A stretch of 64,000 nt of DNA, taken from Bacteroidota bacterium (GTDB taxonomy: Bacteria > Bacteroidota > Bacteroidia > NS11-12g > UBA955). The stretch's first letter is position 1. Every line of letters starts with the position of its first letter. Positions 15,923-25,151 of this stretch are shown piece by piece. Under the pieces are notes generated by a model. That model searched no databases and was not told the origin of the DNA. It saw nothing but the letters and a program-made list of their open reading frames with translations. Where the stretch lies: positions 62,232-126,231 of the forward strand of contig JAZKEQ010000001.1 in the NCBI GenBank assembly GCA_040386935.1. Direction: 5' to 3'. The position numbers and the translations under genes were made by a program.

Positions 15923-18307
15923 TTATTCAATGATGATTTTTACAGATTCGCCTGTACTGCTCACCACAATATACAATCCGGGTGACCAGGTACTGCAATC
16001 TAAAACAGACTGAGAAAATGCCGCTACATCAGTTTGACCAACCTGCTGACCCGCTACATTGTAAATTGTAATCGACTGTTTATTGCCTATCAGATTATCA
16101 ATTGAGAATTGATGATTCGCAGGATTGGGATACACGGACATAAACATGCTGCGCTTATAAAACACATCATCATCCACCTTACTTACTCTTCGCACTACTG
16201 CATAATTTGTAACAATGGGTTCATTGTAATCGAAATAAATGTAGGCCTTATTGCGAATACTATCGCCTTCTCTTAAGTCGCCCCTCACACCAACATCAAG
16301 CGATATAAATCCTTTGCTTTTTTCTTCATTCACAGATTTAGGCAACAGATTGATATCATCAAACACCCATGTAATGATATTGTTATTTCGCTGAGAGATG
16401 GTACAATTATGACTGGCACCCAGCATTTGAAATTCATAGACAGGCATTTTCATATTGAGTGTATCTACTACTGTTACTCTGCGAGCCACATCATTGCCTT
16501 CGTTTTGAAAATGTATAACATAATTAATACGCTTAATACTGCTTGTAATTTTACCTTCGGGCCAGCAGCGCTTCTCATTAGGATCGCGGCTATAGGCGAG
16601 TACATGGTTAAATTCACAATAATTATCAGTTGTATCTTCATTAACAGTTGGCACAATTGACACATAATGTTTAACAACATCACCAATTTTAAACTTTGTA
16701 AGGGGATAAATTCCTTCAATGACAATTTGCGGTTTATAGCTAAGACTATAGGGGTTAATATTGGTAATGTTAAAAGTTAACACATTACCACTGATGGATG
16801 TATAGGCAGGTGTTGATTTTAAGAAAACAAAATCGCTCTGAAGTGTTACTTTTACTGTTGCTGAACCTGTATTAAAATTACAATCCCGATTGTAAATATT
16901 CACATATAATTTGGCCGTATCCAATATTCTCCAGCTCAATGCACCGAACATTTTTACCTGAAAATTAACATCCTTAAGTGAAGTTCTTTGCAAGGGTATA
17001 AAAACAGTATCGCGTGATATCGATGAATGAAATGCTTTAGAACGCATGGTGCCTGGAAATGGTGTTTTATAACAGGTATCCCCTATCATTTCTCCGGTGA
17101 ATCTAAATCCTATATTCTCATTATCGAGTGGATATTGTATGCCAATACCATTCGCATCAGTTATTTGATTGTAATAATTTTCATAGGTGTAATAACTTTG
17201 AGATGGTTTATCACCGGTATTCCACACGTAATTTTTATTGATATCTCTGAAAACTTTAACCACTACTGTATCTATGGCTACAGGTTTTATTGAATCAACA
17301 TCGAACTCAACAATATTGCCATAATTGACACCTTCCAAAATAACGCCATGGCTTCCGAAATAGTACAACTTTTGATTATTGACTCTTAAAAAGGATACAT
17401 CATTCGTATCCAAATACGTTTCATTTTGAAGGAAAGGATCCCTGGTCATACTGCCACCAAGACCATTGAGCAAAGACAATCGCCCGTTAAAGTCGGTACA
17501 TATCGCAATATTATCGACACCCTGATAAGTGTATCTATAATCTGAAGTAGTGCCACCTACTATTTTTCTGTTTTGAAACACATGAACAGAGTCGCCATCA
17601 ATTGCTGCATATATTTTATTATTAGCAACTGTAAGCGATTTATAAGTACTTGAAGACAAAGGGTTATTAAACTGATAGTAAGTGCTCCAATTATTGGGAG
17701 CAGTATGTGAGACAATTTTATCGTTTATGGCAAAATACAGTGTATCATTCAATATATCGGCAGAAATGGGACCGCGTTGAGTGAGGTATGAAGAGGGAAT
17801 TCCTGCTGTCGTAATACTGGTACCATCAAATACAGCAAAATTAGAAATACTTTGTCCTCCTATGGAATCAAAATCGCCATACAAATACATTTTCCTTTTA
17901 TATACAATAGAACCCAACCTGAACCAATATCCTGTAGTTTGCATTATGGCTGCCGTATCCCATTTTGAACCATTGAAACCCATTAATTGTACTCGTGAAC
18001 CGGATGGCACTGTCATATAAAATTTCTGGTTTAAAAACTGACAGGTCATGCGATTGATTCCCCAATTGTTAATGAAGCCTGATATTGTTGCATAAACGGA
18101 CCACTTCTCTGTTGAGATATTCCATCTATTGACATTTAAATATGTACCATTACTCTCAACTGTTACTGCGTAAACATTGCCCAAGGAATCAGCACAGGCG
18201 CAGTGCACAGTACCATCCAAGCCTTTACCCATGGGTTTAACAACCTGGCCAAACACAGGCAAGGCGGCCATTATACAGATTAACACAATTATTTTTTTCA
18301 TACACAC
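15923..18307 (-). CDS. T9SS type-A-sorted secreted protein (propeller-like N-terminal region, DUF11-like repeat domain), paralog B
   Basis: 794 aa with a signal peptide. DPNEKRCWPEGK...INYVIHFQNEGNDVARRVTVVDTL. C-terminus VYPNPANHQFSI...GLYIVVSS...KIIIE is a Por/T9SS sorting domain. Confidence 0.85.
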   Translation of the reverse strand: MCMKKIIVLICIMAALPVFGQVVKPMGKGLDGTVHCACADSLGNVYAVTVESNGTYLNVNRWNISTEKWSVYATISGFINNWGINRMTCQFLNQKFYMTVPSGSRVQLMGFNGSKWDTAAIMQTTGYWFRLGSIVYKRKMYLYGDFDSIGGQSISNFAVFDGTSITTAGIPSSYLTQRGPISADILNDTLYFAINDKIVSHTAPNNWSTYYQFNNPLSSSTYKSLTVANNKIYAAIDGDSVHVFQNRKIVGGTTSDYRYTYQGVDNIAICTDFNGRLSLLNGLGGSMTRDPFLQNETYLDTNDVSFLRVNNQKLYYFGSHGVILEGVNYGNIVEFDVDSIKPVAIDTVVVKVFRDINKNYVWNTGDKPSQSYYTYENYYNQITDANGIGIQYPLDNENIGFRFTGEMIGDTCYKTPFPGTMRSKAFHSSISRDTVFIPLQRTSLKDVNFQVKMFGALSWRILDTAKLYVNIYNRDCNFNTGSATVKVTLQSDFVFLKSTPAYTSISGNVLTFNITNINPYSLSYKPQIVIEGIYPLTKFKIGDVVKHYVSIVPTVNEDTTDNYCEFNHVLAYSRDPNEKRCWPEGKITSSIKRINYVIHFQNEGNDVARRVTVVDTLNMKMPVYEFQMLGASHNCTISQRNNNIITWVFDDINLLPKSVNEEKSKGFISLDVGVRGDLREGDSIRNKAYIYFDYNEPIVTNYAVVRRVSKVDDDVFYKRSMFMSVYPNPANHQFSIDNLIGNKQSITIYNVAGQQVGQTDVAAFSQSVLDCSTWSPGLYIVVSSTGESVKIIIE

Positions 18308-18315
18308 TTTTAATT

Positions 18316-20691
18316 TTATTCTACCATTAATTTAATGATTTCACCACTGCTGCTCACACCCAAATACAATCCCGGTGCCCATCCTGAGCAATCAACATTT
18401 ATTTGTTGCCCATTTAATATTTTCAAGTTTGATATTATACGACCGTTGATATCGTATAAGAACATTGACTGTTCAGTCGGTCCGTTATTTTCTATCACAA
18501 AATTATCATTAGCCGGATTTGGATAGAGCTTAATAAATACTTGTTTGTTTTGAATAATCAATCCATTTCCGGGATTTTCTTTAATTCTTTCTACTTTTGC
18601 ATAATCAGTAATAACAGGATCGTTGTAATCAAAATAGATACTGGCCCTGTTGCGTATGCTGTCGCCTATTCTCAATTCAGACCTTACACTTGCATCAAAT
18701 GAAATTTGCCCTTTGCTGCCTGCTTCGTCCAAAGCTTTAGGCTTAAGGTTAATATTATCAAATACCCAGGTTACCACATTACCCCTGCATGATACTGTAT
18801 AGTTAGGGTGTGTACTTCCCACCATTTGATAATCGTAAACAGGCATTTTATGATCCATGGTATCAACTATGGTGACTCTTCTGGCATCGTCATTTCCTTC
18901 GTTTTGAAAATCTATATAGAAACGAATTTTTTTAACCTCCGCTGTTACTTTTCCCTGAGGCCAGCTGTTTTTGCAATTGGGATCGTAACTGTATACCAAG
19001 TGCTGTACAATAGAATCTGTATTATCAGTCGTATCATCTGCAAACGTTGAAGTCATTCGTACAGTATGTTTTACTTTACTGCCTACGGTGTACTTCGTAT
19101 TTGGATAGTAGCCGTTTATTTTTATCTTACTCAATTCACCATTACCCTTAATGGTGGCTAAGAAATAGGTAAGCACATTGCCACTAAAAGTTGTGTAAGC
19201 CGGAGAAGTGGATACAAATACAAAATCCTTATCAAGGGCTACTTTTACTGTAGCTGTGGCGTTGGAATTGTCGCAAACATCATTTCTTACTGAAATATCA
19301 AATGCGACTGTATCCAGCAAGCGTGCATTGAATCTCGAAAAGGCCTTAATCGTAATATTCCGGTTGGTGTTTGATGTTCTTTTCAAAGGAAAATAAATCA
19401 ATTCACTGGTCTTCGATGAATTAAAAACCGTTGATGCAACTGCTCCCTGGAATGGCGACATGTAACAACTATCAAAACTAGATTCTTTTATAAAAGTCAA
19501 TTTCATATCCTCATTGTCGAGGGGATAAAACACAAGATTACCTTGCAAATCGGAGTTATAATCCAACCGACCATTTACTCTAATGATACTTTGAGATTGG
19601 GCATCACCGGTATCTAATGTCAAGTTTTTATTGACATCCCTGAAAATCTTTACATTAATGGTATCTTGCCCAGGAACAGGCATTGAATCGAGGTCTAATT
19701 CTACAATATTATTGTAATCATCACCTCCAAACTTAACCCCTTGGCTTCCGTAATAATACAACTTATTATTTACGTCCATCAATGTATAATTCATTGAATC
19801 GGTATAAGTTTCATTTTGCAATAAAGGCGTTTGACTTATGTTTTTTTCGATTTGACTTATTCGCCCTCTGTCACTTAACCTTAGCACCCTTCCCTTATAT
19901 GCATGTACAAAATTATTACTGCCATTAGTTAGGATTACAGAATCTATCATTTTCCTGTTTTTAAATCGATAAAGTATATTCGATGTTGTTGTTGCAATGA
20001 TTGTATCATTTTTTATTGTTAAAGAGTAAAAGACATTGAACTTATTTTTAACACTATCGTGCACACCCCAAATATTGGGATATTTATGAAACAGTATTTT
20101 ATTTTGATAAGTGATGTACAAAGTATCTCTAAGCGTATCCAAATAATTAGGAATAAAGGATGTCAGTTTTTGATAGGAGTTGGGAAAATTTGCATTTACA
20201 ATATTACTACCATTATACACCATCACGTTATTGGCGCCAGCACTAGACAACGAATCGAATTCACCTACAAAATATAACCTGTTTTTAAATGTGCCCACAT
20301 TCATCATACGTACAGAACTATTTCTTTTAAAGAATGTAATTGTATCCCACTTGCTTCCCGTATATTTAAGCAACATGATAGAATTGATGTGGGGTATCGT
20401 CATATAAAAATTTCCAAATAAAATCTGACAGGAAGTTGACCTCACGTAAGAGAGATTACTATACAAGGCCTTTCCATACCTTAGATATACTGCCCATTTT
20501 TTTGTAGATACAGTCCATTTATTGACAATAAAACTATCGGATGGCACTTTGGTAACTGCGTAAATATTGCCAATTGAATCAGTACAGGTGCACAGCACTT
20601 TCCCTTTCAGTCCATCGCCCATGCGTTTTAATCCTTGTGCATGCATTCCAAGTGCTGTAAAAAGCAGTAAGAGTGTAAAAATTTGTCTCAT
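18316..20691 (-). CDS. T9SS type-A-sorted secreted protein, paralog A
   Basis: 791 aa, colinear with the 15923..18307 product. Shared blocks: FQNEGND.ARRVT.VDT, GDSIRN.A.IYFDYN.P, LYPNPAN...GLYLGVSS...KLMVE. Confidence 0.85.
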   Translation of the reverse strand: MRQIFTLLLLFTALGMHAQGLKRMGDGLKGKVLCTCTDSIGNIYAVTKVPSDSFIVNKWTVSTKKWAVYLRYGKALYSNLSYVRSTSCQILFGNFYMTIPHINSIMLLKYTGSKWDTITFFKRNSSVRMMNVGTFKNRLYFVGEFDSLSSAGANNVMVYNGSNIVNANFPNSYQKLTSFIPNYLDTLRDTLYITYQNKILFHKYPNIWGVHDSVKNKFNVFYSLTIKNDTIIATTTSNILYRFKNRKMIDSVILTNGSNNFVHAYKGRVLRLSDRGRISQIEKNISQTPLLQNETYTDSMNYTLMDVNNKLYYYGSQGVKFGGDDYNNIVELDLDSMPVPGQDTINVKIFRDVNKNLTLDTGDAQSQSIIRVNGRLDYNSDLQGNLVFYPLDNEDMKLTFIKESSFDSCYMSPFQGAVASTVFNSSKTSELIYFPLKRTSNTNRNITIKAFSRFNARLLDTVAFDISVRNDVCDNSNATATVKVALDKDFVFVSTSPAYTTFSGNVLTYFLATIKGNGELSKIKINGYYPNTKYTVGSKVKHTVRMTSTFADDTTDNTDSIVQHLVYSYDPNCKNSWPQGKVTAEVKKIRFYIDFQNEGNDDARRVTIVDTMDHKMPVYDYQMVGSTHPNYTVSCRGNVVTWVFDNINLKPKALDEAGSKGQISFDASVRSELRIGDSIRNRASIYFDYNDPVITDYAKVERIKENPGNGLIIQNKQVFIKLYPNPANDNFVIENNGPTEQSMFLYDINGRIISNLKILNGQQINVDCSGWAPGLYLGVSSSGEIIKLMVE

Positions 20692-20709
20692 CGTGTTGTT
20701 TGTTTGTTT

Positions 20710-22203
20710 TTAAAATTTGTACTTGAGTATCATGTTATAGTTGTAGGTGTTGAATTTGCCTGACATGCTACCATACCGCGTATTGTAATGGTAAACATTT
20801 TGCTGCCACTGCATTTCCAAACCCAGCCAAAGTGGTTTATATATATTGTAACTGTATTGCATTCCTGCTATCCATCCAATATTAATCTTTTTATTGACAA
20901 TGTCTTTTAATGGTTTTATTTCCGCATCATTCAAGGAAAATGTATTGCCTTCAACGCCTATTATTTTACTGATATTAGCACCTAATGATGGCATTAAGTC
21001 GTGCTTTGGATGAAGCGAAAAAGTATAACCGAATCTAAGCGGTATATTTACATATTTTGTCTTAAGTGTGCTTTTGTTAGTGAATATAATTGGATTGTTT
21101 GTATCATGAACAGGGATATAAAAAGCAATCGACCCATCGATATTATGCCATGGCACTTCATTATATTTATAATTAATATTTTCTATTGAACTGAACTCGC
21201 GGTATTGCAAGCCCGAATTAAAAATTAGACTGAGTTTTGTAGATGGGTACCATTCAAATCCTAAATTTAAAAAGAAAGACTGATTGTTACTATTACTTTG
21301 CTCAAATAGCATCCTTGAGTCTTTATGCATATTGGCAGGTTTTTTAAATTTGCTTATTTCCCCTTTATCTGTTGAAATACCTGAAGCCAAAGTAAATGCA
21401 AATTTCTTGCGCACGGTCAAATCATCCTCTTTTTTCTTCTTGCCATTTGTCTTTTTTGAACTGTCTTTAGGTGTTGTTTTATTCAACCCATTATCAGCAA
21501 TTATATTTTTTATAGCTGAATCTTTTGCTGGCGCTTTTATTTCTTCTGTATTGCCTTTATCTGCAATTGGATTGGTGCTTTTGGTATCGGAATCTTGGGT
21601 AGTATTTTTTTCTGTTGTTCTGTCAGAAATATTGTCTACCGGTTTTTCATTTGTTTTGATTGTTTCTTTTTGGGCCTTCTCTGTATTAGGTGTAGTAGCT
21701 ATATCAACAGTAGCAGGTTTAGCTGCAGGTTGCGTGTTGGTTTTAGTTGCAGATGGCTGAGTTGCTTTTTGTATAGGAGAAGTGTTATTAGCCATACTGG
21801 TATTAGGCTTTTTATCTGTCTCAGGTTGTGAATTATCTTTTGAATTTGCTGTATTAGTAGTAGATGCCGAAGTATTGGCAGGTGTTTTAGTGATGGTGTC
21901 AATTTTCTGGGTAGGGCTTATAGCAGTAGCATTACCTGAATTGGGAGTTTCAGACAATGGGGTTTCGTCAGCGGCAATTACAACCGGTTGTTGTTGATTA
22001 CCGCTATTAAAGTAATAGCCTAACATAAAGGCTAAACATATCATGCCTATTACACCTAAGGTATAAAACCACGGTATAAATCTGCGTCTCGGCTTCTCAT
22101 CAAGAGCCGCATTCAGCCTCTCCCATTGGGCTTCATGCAGTGGCTCGTGATGTTCTTCAAAAGCCTTTTTCAGGGAATTTTGAAGTTTATCGTTCTTGTT
22201 CAT
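20710..22203 (-). CDS. Anti-sigma-like membrane protein with a T/N/K-rich linker and a C-terminal OM beta-barrel-like domain
   Basis: 497 aa. Short N-terminal domain, one TM (FIPWFYTLGVIGMICLAFMLGYYF), about 200 aa of low complexity, then a barrel-like C-terminus ending ...ILKYKF. Overlaps the sigma gene by 17 nt. Confidence 0.75.
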   Translation of the reverse strand: MNKNDKLQNSLKKAFEEHHEPLHEAQWERLNAALDEKPRRRFIPWFYTLGVIGMICLAFMLGYYFNSGNQQQPVVIAADETPLSETPNSGNATAISPTQKIDTITKTPANTSASTTNTANSKDNSQPETDKKPNTSMANNTSPIQKATQPSATKTNTQPAAKPATVDIATTPNTEKAQKETIKTNEKPVDNISDRTTEKNTTQDSDTKSTNPIADKGNTEEIKAPAKDSAIKNIIADNGLNKTTPKDSSKKTNGKKKKEDDLTVRKKFAFTLASGISTDKGEISKFKKPANMHKDSRMLFEQSNSNNQSFFLNLGFEWYPSTKLSLIFNSGLQYREFSSIENINYKYNEVPWHNIDGSIAFYIPVHDTNNPIIFTNKSTLKTKYVNIPLRFGYTFSLHPKHDLMPSLGANISKIIGVEGNTFSLNDAEIKPLKDIVNKKINIGWIAGMQYSYNIYKPLWLGLEMQWQQNVYHYNTRYGSMSGKFNTYNYNMILKYKF

Positions 22204-22738
22204 TTTTATTTAGCTTTAATTTCACTAATTCGGTTAAATGTCGTTTTGCTCTGCTATATTGCGACCTGCTGGCTTCTTCACTGATGTTTAACTGGAGGGC
22301 AATTTCACGGTGACTCATATCATCCAACAGATACATATTGATGATGATTTGTTGATTCAGGGGCAATTGCTTCAGAATTTGCATGGCCACTTTCGCATCC
22401 ATATCAATTTCTACCTCTACTTCAGTGTCTGTAATTTCTAAAGCGGTGTCTGAGATATGCTCTACCATCAATGCATTTTTTCGTTTCCTTAAAAAATCCA
22501 ATGCGGTATTCACCCCTACTCTGTTCACCCATGTTTTCAGACTGCTCTCGCCCTTAAATTTTTTGATATTTTCATATACCTTCATCATGGTATCGTGAAA
22601 AATCTCCTCAGCATCTTCGCGGTTGCCGGAATAACGGATACAAGTGACCATTAATCTTGGGCCATACTCAGCATACAAAGCCTTTTGTGCATTGCGAATA
22701 CCCTTGATACAGCCATCTATAATGTCCTTTTCTTTCAA
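22187..22738 (-). CDS. ECF-type RNA polymerase sigma-70 family factor
   Basis: 183 aa. Region 2: REDAEEIFHDTMMKVYENIKKF...TWVNRVGVNTALDFLRKRK. Region 4: MYLLDDMSHREIALQLNISEEASRSQYSRAKRHL. Confidence 0.9.
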   Translation of the reverse strand: MKEKDIIDGCIKGIRNAQKALYAEYGPRLMVTCIRYSGNREDAEEIFHDTMMKVYENIKKFKGESSLKTWVNRVGVNTALDFLRKRKNALMVEHISDTALEITDTEVEVEIDMDAKVAMQILKQLPLNQQIIINMYLLDDMSHREIALQLNISEEASRSQYSRAKRHLTELVKLKLNKNEQER

Positions 22739-22808
22739 ATCAGCAGGTGATTTTAAAACTATAGACGCAAAATATTATAAATATGTGACATGGTGGGGAA
22801 AATATTTA

Positions 22809-22838
22809 GGGAGGGGGTTGTTGGGGGATTTGTTGGGG
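22809..22838 (+). other. G-quadruplex-type G-tract motif
   Basis: GGG-a-GGGGG-ttgtt-GGGGG-atttgtt-GGGG, with a further GGGG at 22795-98. Lies in the sigma-factor upstream region. Confidence 0.4.
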
Positions 22839-22873
22839 ACTGAAAACCTGGCGGTTTTCAGAGGGATGGGAGA

Positions 22874-23144
22874 CATCCGCTGAAGCGGATGAATTTATTA
22901 GATCCTTGGGATTATCCGCCTAAAGGCGGATAATAATTTAGACTTAAAAAGTTAGTCTAGGCCTTTGGATTATCCGCCTAAAGGCGGATGATCCAAAGGG
23001 GGGCGTCTACAAGCCAAATACAAATGCGGTGCTACGCACGCGCATTTTTTATTGCACCTTTAAAAAAATCAAATGGGATTTGATTTTTTTTTCGGGGCAA
23101 TAAAAAAGCCGTCCGCTAAGGCGGACGGCTTTGTATTTGGCTTG
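22874..23144. repeat. Cluster of stem-loops downstream of tRNA-Arg, including three ATCCGC(C)-loop-(G)GCGGAT hairpins and a 15-bp bracketing inverted repeat
   Basis: Hairpins at 22874-91, 22911-34, 22939-59, 22962-99, 23023-46 and 23066-86. Inverted repeat caagccaaatacaaa 23010-24 / tttgtatttggcttg 23130-44. Confidence 0.7.
23102..23132 (-). terminator. Rho-independent terminator after tRNA-Arg
   Basis: Minus strand reads AAAGCCGTCCGC-ctta-GCGGACGGCTTTTTT, starting 13 nt after the tRNA 3' end. Confidence 0.7.
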
Positions 23145-23218
23145 TGATCCCAACAGGATTCGAACCTGTGACCTACAGATTAGAAATCTGTTGCTCTATC
23201 CAGCTGAGCTATAGGACC
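23145..23218 (-). tRNA. tRNA-Arg (anticodon TCT)
   Basis: GGTCCTATAGCTCAGCTGGATAGAGCAACAGATTTCTAATCTGTAGGTCACAGGTTCGAATCCTGTTGGGATCA. Cloverleaf folds, anticodon loop TTTCTAA, T-loop GGTTCGAATCC. Confidence 0.93.
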
Positions 23219-23234
23219 ATTTTCCTAGTAAATC

Positions 23235-23266
23235 AAAAAATCCGCATTTGCGGATTTCTTTTTTTG
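23235..23266 (-). terminator. Hairpin between tRNA-Pro and tRNA-Arg (terminator or processing signal)
   Basis: aaaaaATCCGCatttGCGGATttcttttttt, symmetric with an A-run on one side and a T-run on the other. Confidence 0.45.
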
Positions 23267-23340
23267 TCGGGGTGGCAGGATTTGAACCTACGACCTTCTG
23301 CTCCCAAAGCAGACGCGATACCGGGCTACGCTACACCCCG
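23267..23340 (-). tRNA. tRNA-Pro (anticodon TGG)
   Basis: CGGGGTGTAGCGTAGCCCGGTATCGCGTCTGCTTTGGGAGCAGAAGGTCGTAGGTTCAAATCCTGCCACCCCGA. Anticodon loop TTTGGGA. Confidence 0.93.
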
Positions 23341-23373
23341 AAAAAAAATTGCTCCTTTTCAAGAACCGGGTTG

Positions 23374-23381
23374 CAAAAGTA
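23374..23381 (-). promoter_or_regulatory. -7 box TACTTTTG upstream of tRNA-Pro
   Basis: The minus strand reads TACTTTTGCAA. The same 11-mer precedes tRNA-Ser. Confidence 0.45.
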
Positions 23382-23426
23382 AGATTTATTTTTACTTTTA
23401 CAAAACCTTTTTTAAGGAATTTTAAA

Positions 23427-23966
23427 TTATCCTACTTCGTTTTGAAATAAACTGAGTACCAATCCCCCATAATGTGGCTGCATCCCCTCCTCCACTACTA
23501 ATTGCTGCTGACCGATGTACTCAAAACCGCAGTCGATGTAATACTGTCTCAGGTTGATATTATTTCCCCAGGTATCCATTCTCAAATATTTTTTCCCTAT
23601 TGCTCTTGCATGATTTTCAGCCCAATGCTTAATAAATTTCATCATCCCCTTTCCCTTGTCCTCAGGATTTATGGCAATTCTGTGCAAATAAACAGCAGGT
23701 TCGGCATCTCGTTCCACACCCCATATCACAGGATCGTTGTACAAAACAGACAACACCGCAACAATTCTATTGCCCTCCATAATTTTCCAATGTTGCTTGT
23801 TATTAATTTCATTGAGTATCATCGCCCGGCTGAATTGTGGCCAAAGTTCATACCCTTTTTTCTTTTGATAATTAATCGCTTCATCAAACAAATAAAAGAT
23901 AGTATCCATGTCGTCTTCGCTGCTGTTAATAACATTATACATGGGTATTGTACCGCTGTCGTTCAT
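23427..23966 (-). CDS. GNAT-family N-acetyltransferase
   Basis: HRIAINPEDKGKGMMKFIKHWAENHA is a GNAT motif-A-like block. I prefer the start at MNDSG (23966) over the hydrophobic 27-aa extension in the track. Confidence 0.75.
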   Translation of the reverse strand: MNDSGTIPMYNVINSSEDDMDTIFYLFDEAINYQKKKGYELWPQFSRAMILNEINNKQHWKIMEGNRIVAVLSVLYNDPVIWGVERDAEPAVYLHRIAINPEDKGKGMMKFIKHWAENHARAIGKKYLRMDTWGNNINLRQYYIDCGFEYIGQQQLVVEEGMQPHYGGLVLSLFQNEVG

Positions 23967-24102
23967 GGTGTAAAAATAAACATTAACACCATTATACAAA
24001 AAAACACCATCTAACCAAAGACCAATAACATTTACAGGCAAAAACACACAAGTTGATTTTTAACTTAAATCTACTACATTTGAAAAATCTGGATTTAAGT
24101 TT

Positions 24103-25008
24103 ATGAAGAAAATATTAATTATAACGGGAATTATATTTTATACGACATCTTTACATTGCCAAAAGAAAATAAAATTCAAAGAAATACCTGAACAAAAAGA
24201 CACTTTACTGGTCTATTTCAGTCACGATCGAACAATTAATGCCTCCTATTTCAAAGTCATCCGAACAGTCATTAATCCTCTTTCACCATGTTTATTGATT
24301 AATACTGAAAAGGAGATGAGGGCAAAAATGAAATCAAAAATTTCCTATTATTTTTTTGGTATAAGTGAAACTAAATTTACTTCATATACCACAACACATA
24401 TCGGTGGCCAGAAAATGACGACTGAGGAATCCTTATCCAATTACCACCTTACTTATTTTCAAAAATATGATTCATGCAAATTTTTTAATATAAAAAGCAA
24501 ATTAATCTTTTTGAAGGACAACAAATTTTCAAGAGTTGATGCAAAGAATTTTTATAACCTCGACAGCTTTTCTCCACAAATAAGTCCTGTTCACATTGCG
24601 GCATTTTTGAGGTGCACAGAAAAAATGCCAACATTTCATGATTTTTTTTCTGATATCGGGAAAATAGGTTCAGACACCTTGTTTTTCCCGGAAATCGTTT
24701 ACAACAGATACAGACCTTCAGCCTATGGTGTATTAAAAAACAAAAAAAGCCGCAACCCTACCAAGTATTATGAGCACAATAAATTTTTGGTTGAGTCTAA
24801 TGAAGACTTAACTGAGCTATTTCTTAATCGGTACAAAAAAAGAAAGTCGATGTATCTCTACGATTGTATCAGAGAGCAAACCTTTATTTACTACATTATC
24901 ATAGATGTTGTAAAAGGGGTATACTTATACATAGATGTCGACAAACTAGGTTATAATCAATCGAAATGGCATTTTAGAAGAATGGCTAAAAGAATCAGCA
25001 ACGGTTAA
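24103..25008 (+). CDS. Hypothetical secreted protein
   Basis: 301 aa. N-terminus MKKILIITGIIFYTTSLHCQ is signal-like. No family recognised; very AT-rich. Confidence 0.6.
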   Translation: MKKILIITGIIFYTTSLHCQKKIKFKEIPEQKDTLLVYFSHDRTINASYFKVIRTVINPLSPCLLINTEKEMRAKMKSKISYYFFGISETKFTSYTTTHIGGQKMTTEESLSNYHLTYFQKYDSCKFFNIKSKLIFLKDNKFSRVDAKNFYNLDSFSPQISPVHIAAFLRCTEKMPTFHDFFSDIGKIGSDTLFFPEIVYNRYRPSAYGVLKNKKSRNPTKYYEHNKFLVESNEDLTELFLNRYKKRKSMYLYDCIREQTFIYYIIIDVVKGVYLYIDVDKLGYNQSKWHFRRMAKRISNG

Positions 25009-25151
25009 TTTTATATTTTTTAAGGAATTGTTATCTAATGAGGATAATATTTCCATTCTCTCCCCAATATTACCTCATAGGCTTTCTGTCTAGGTGGAGG
25101 AAGTTCCATGGTTTATGTTGTCTTTGAAAGTGAGGTTTTATTTTTTCCTAT

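Noticed and set aside
23144-23425. 93-aa plus-strand ORF
   Set aside because: It is antisense to two well-folded tRNA genes (Arg and Pro) and is an artefact.
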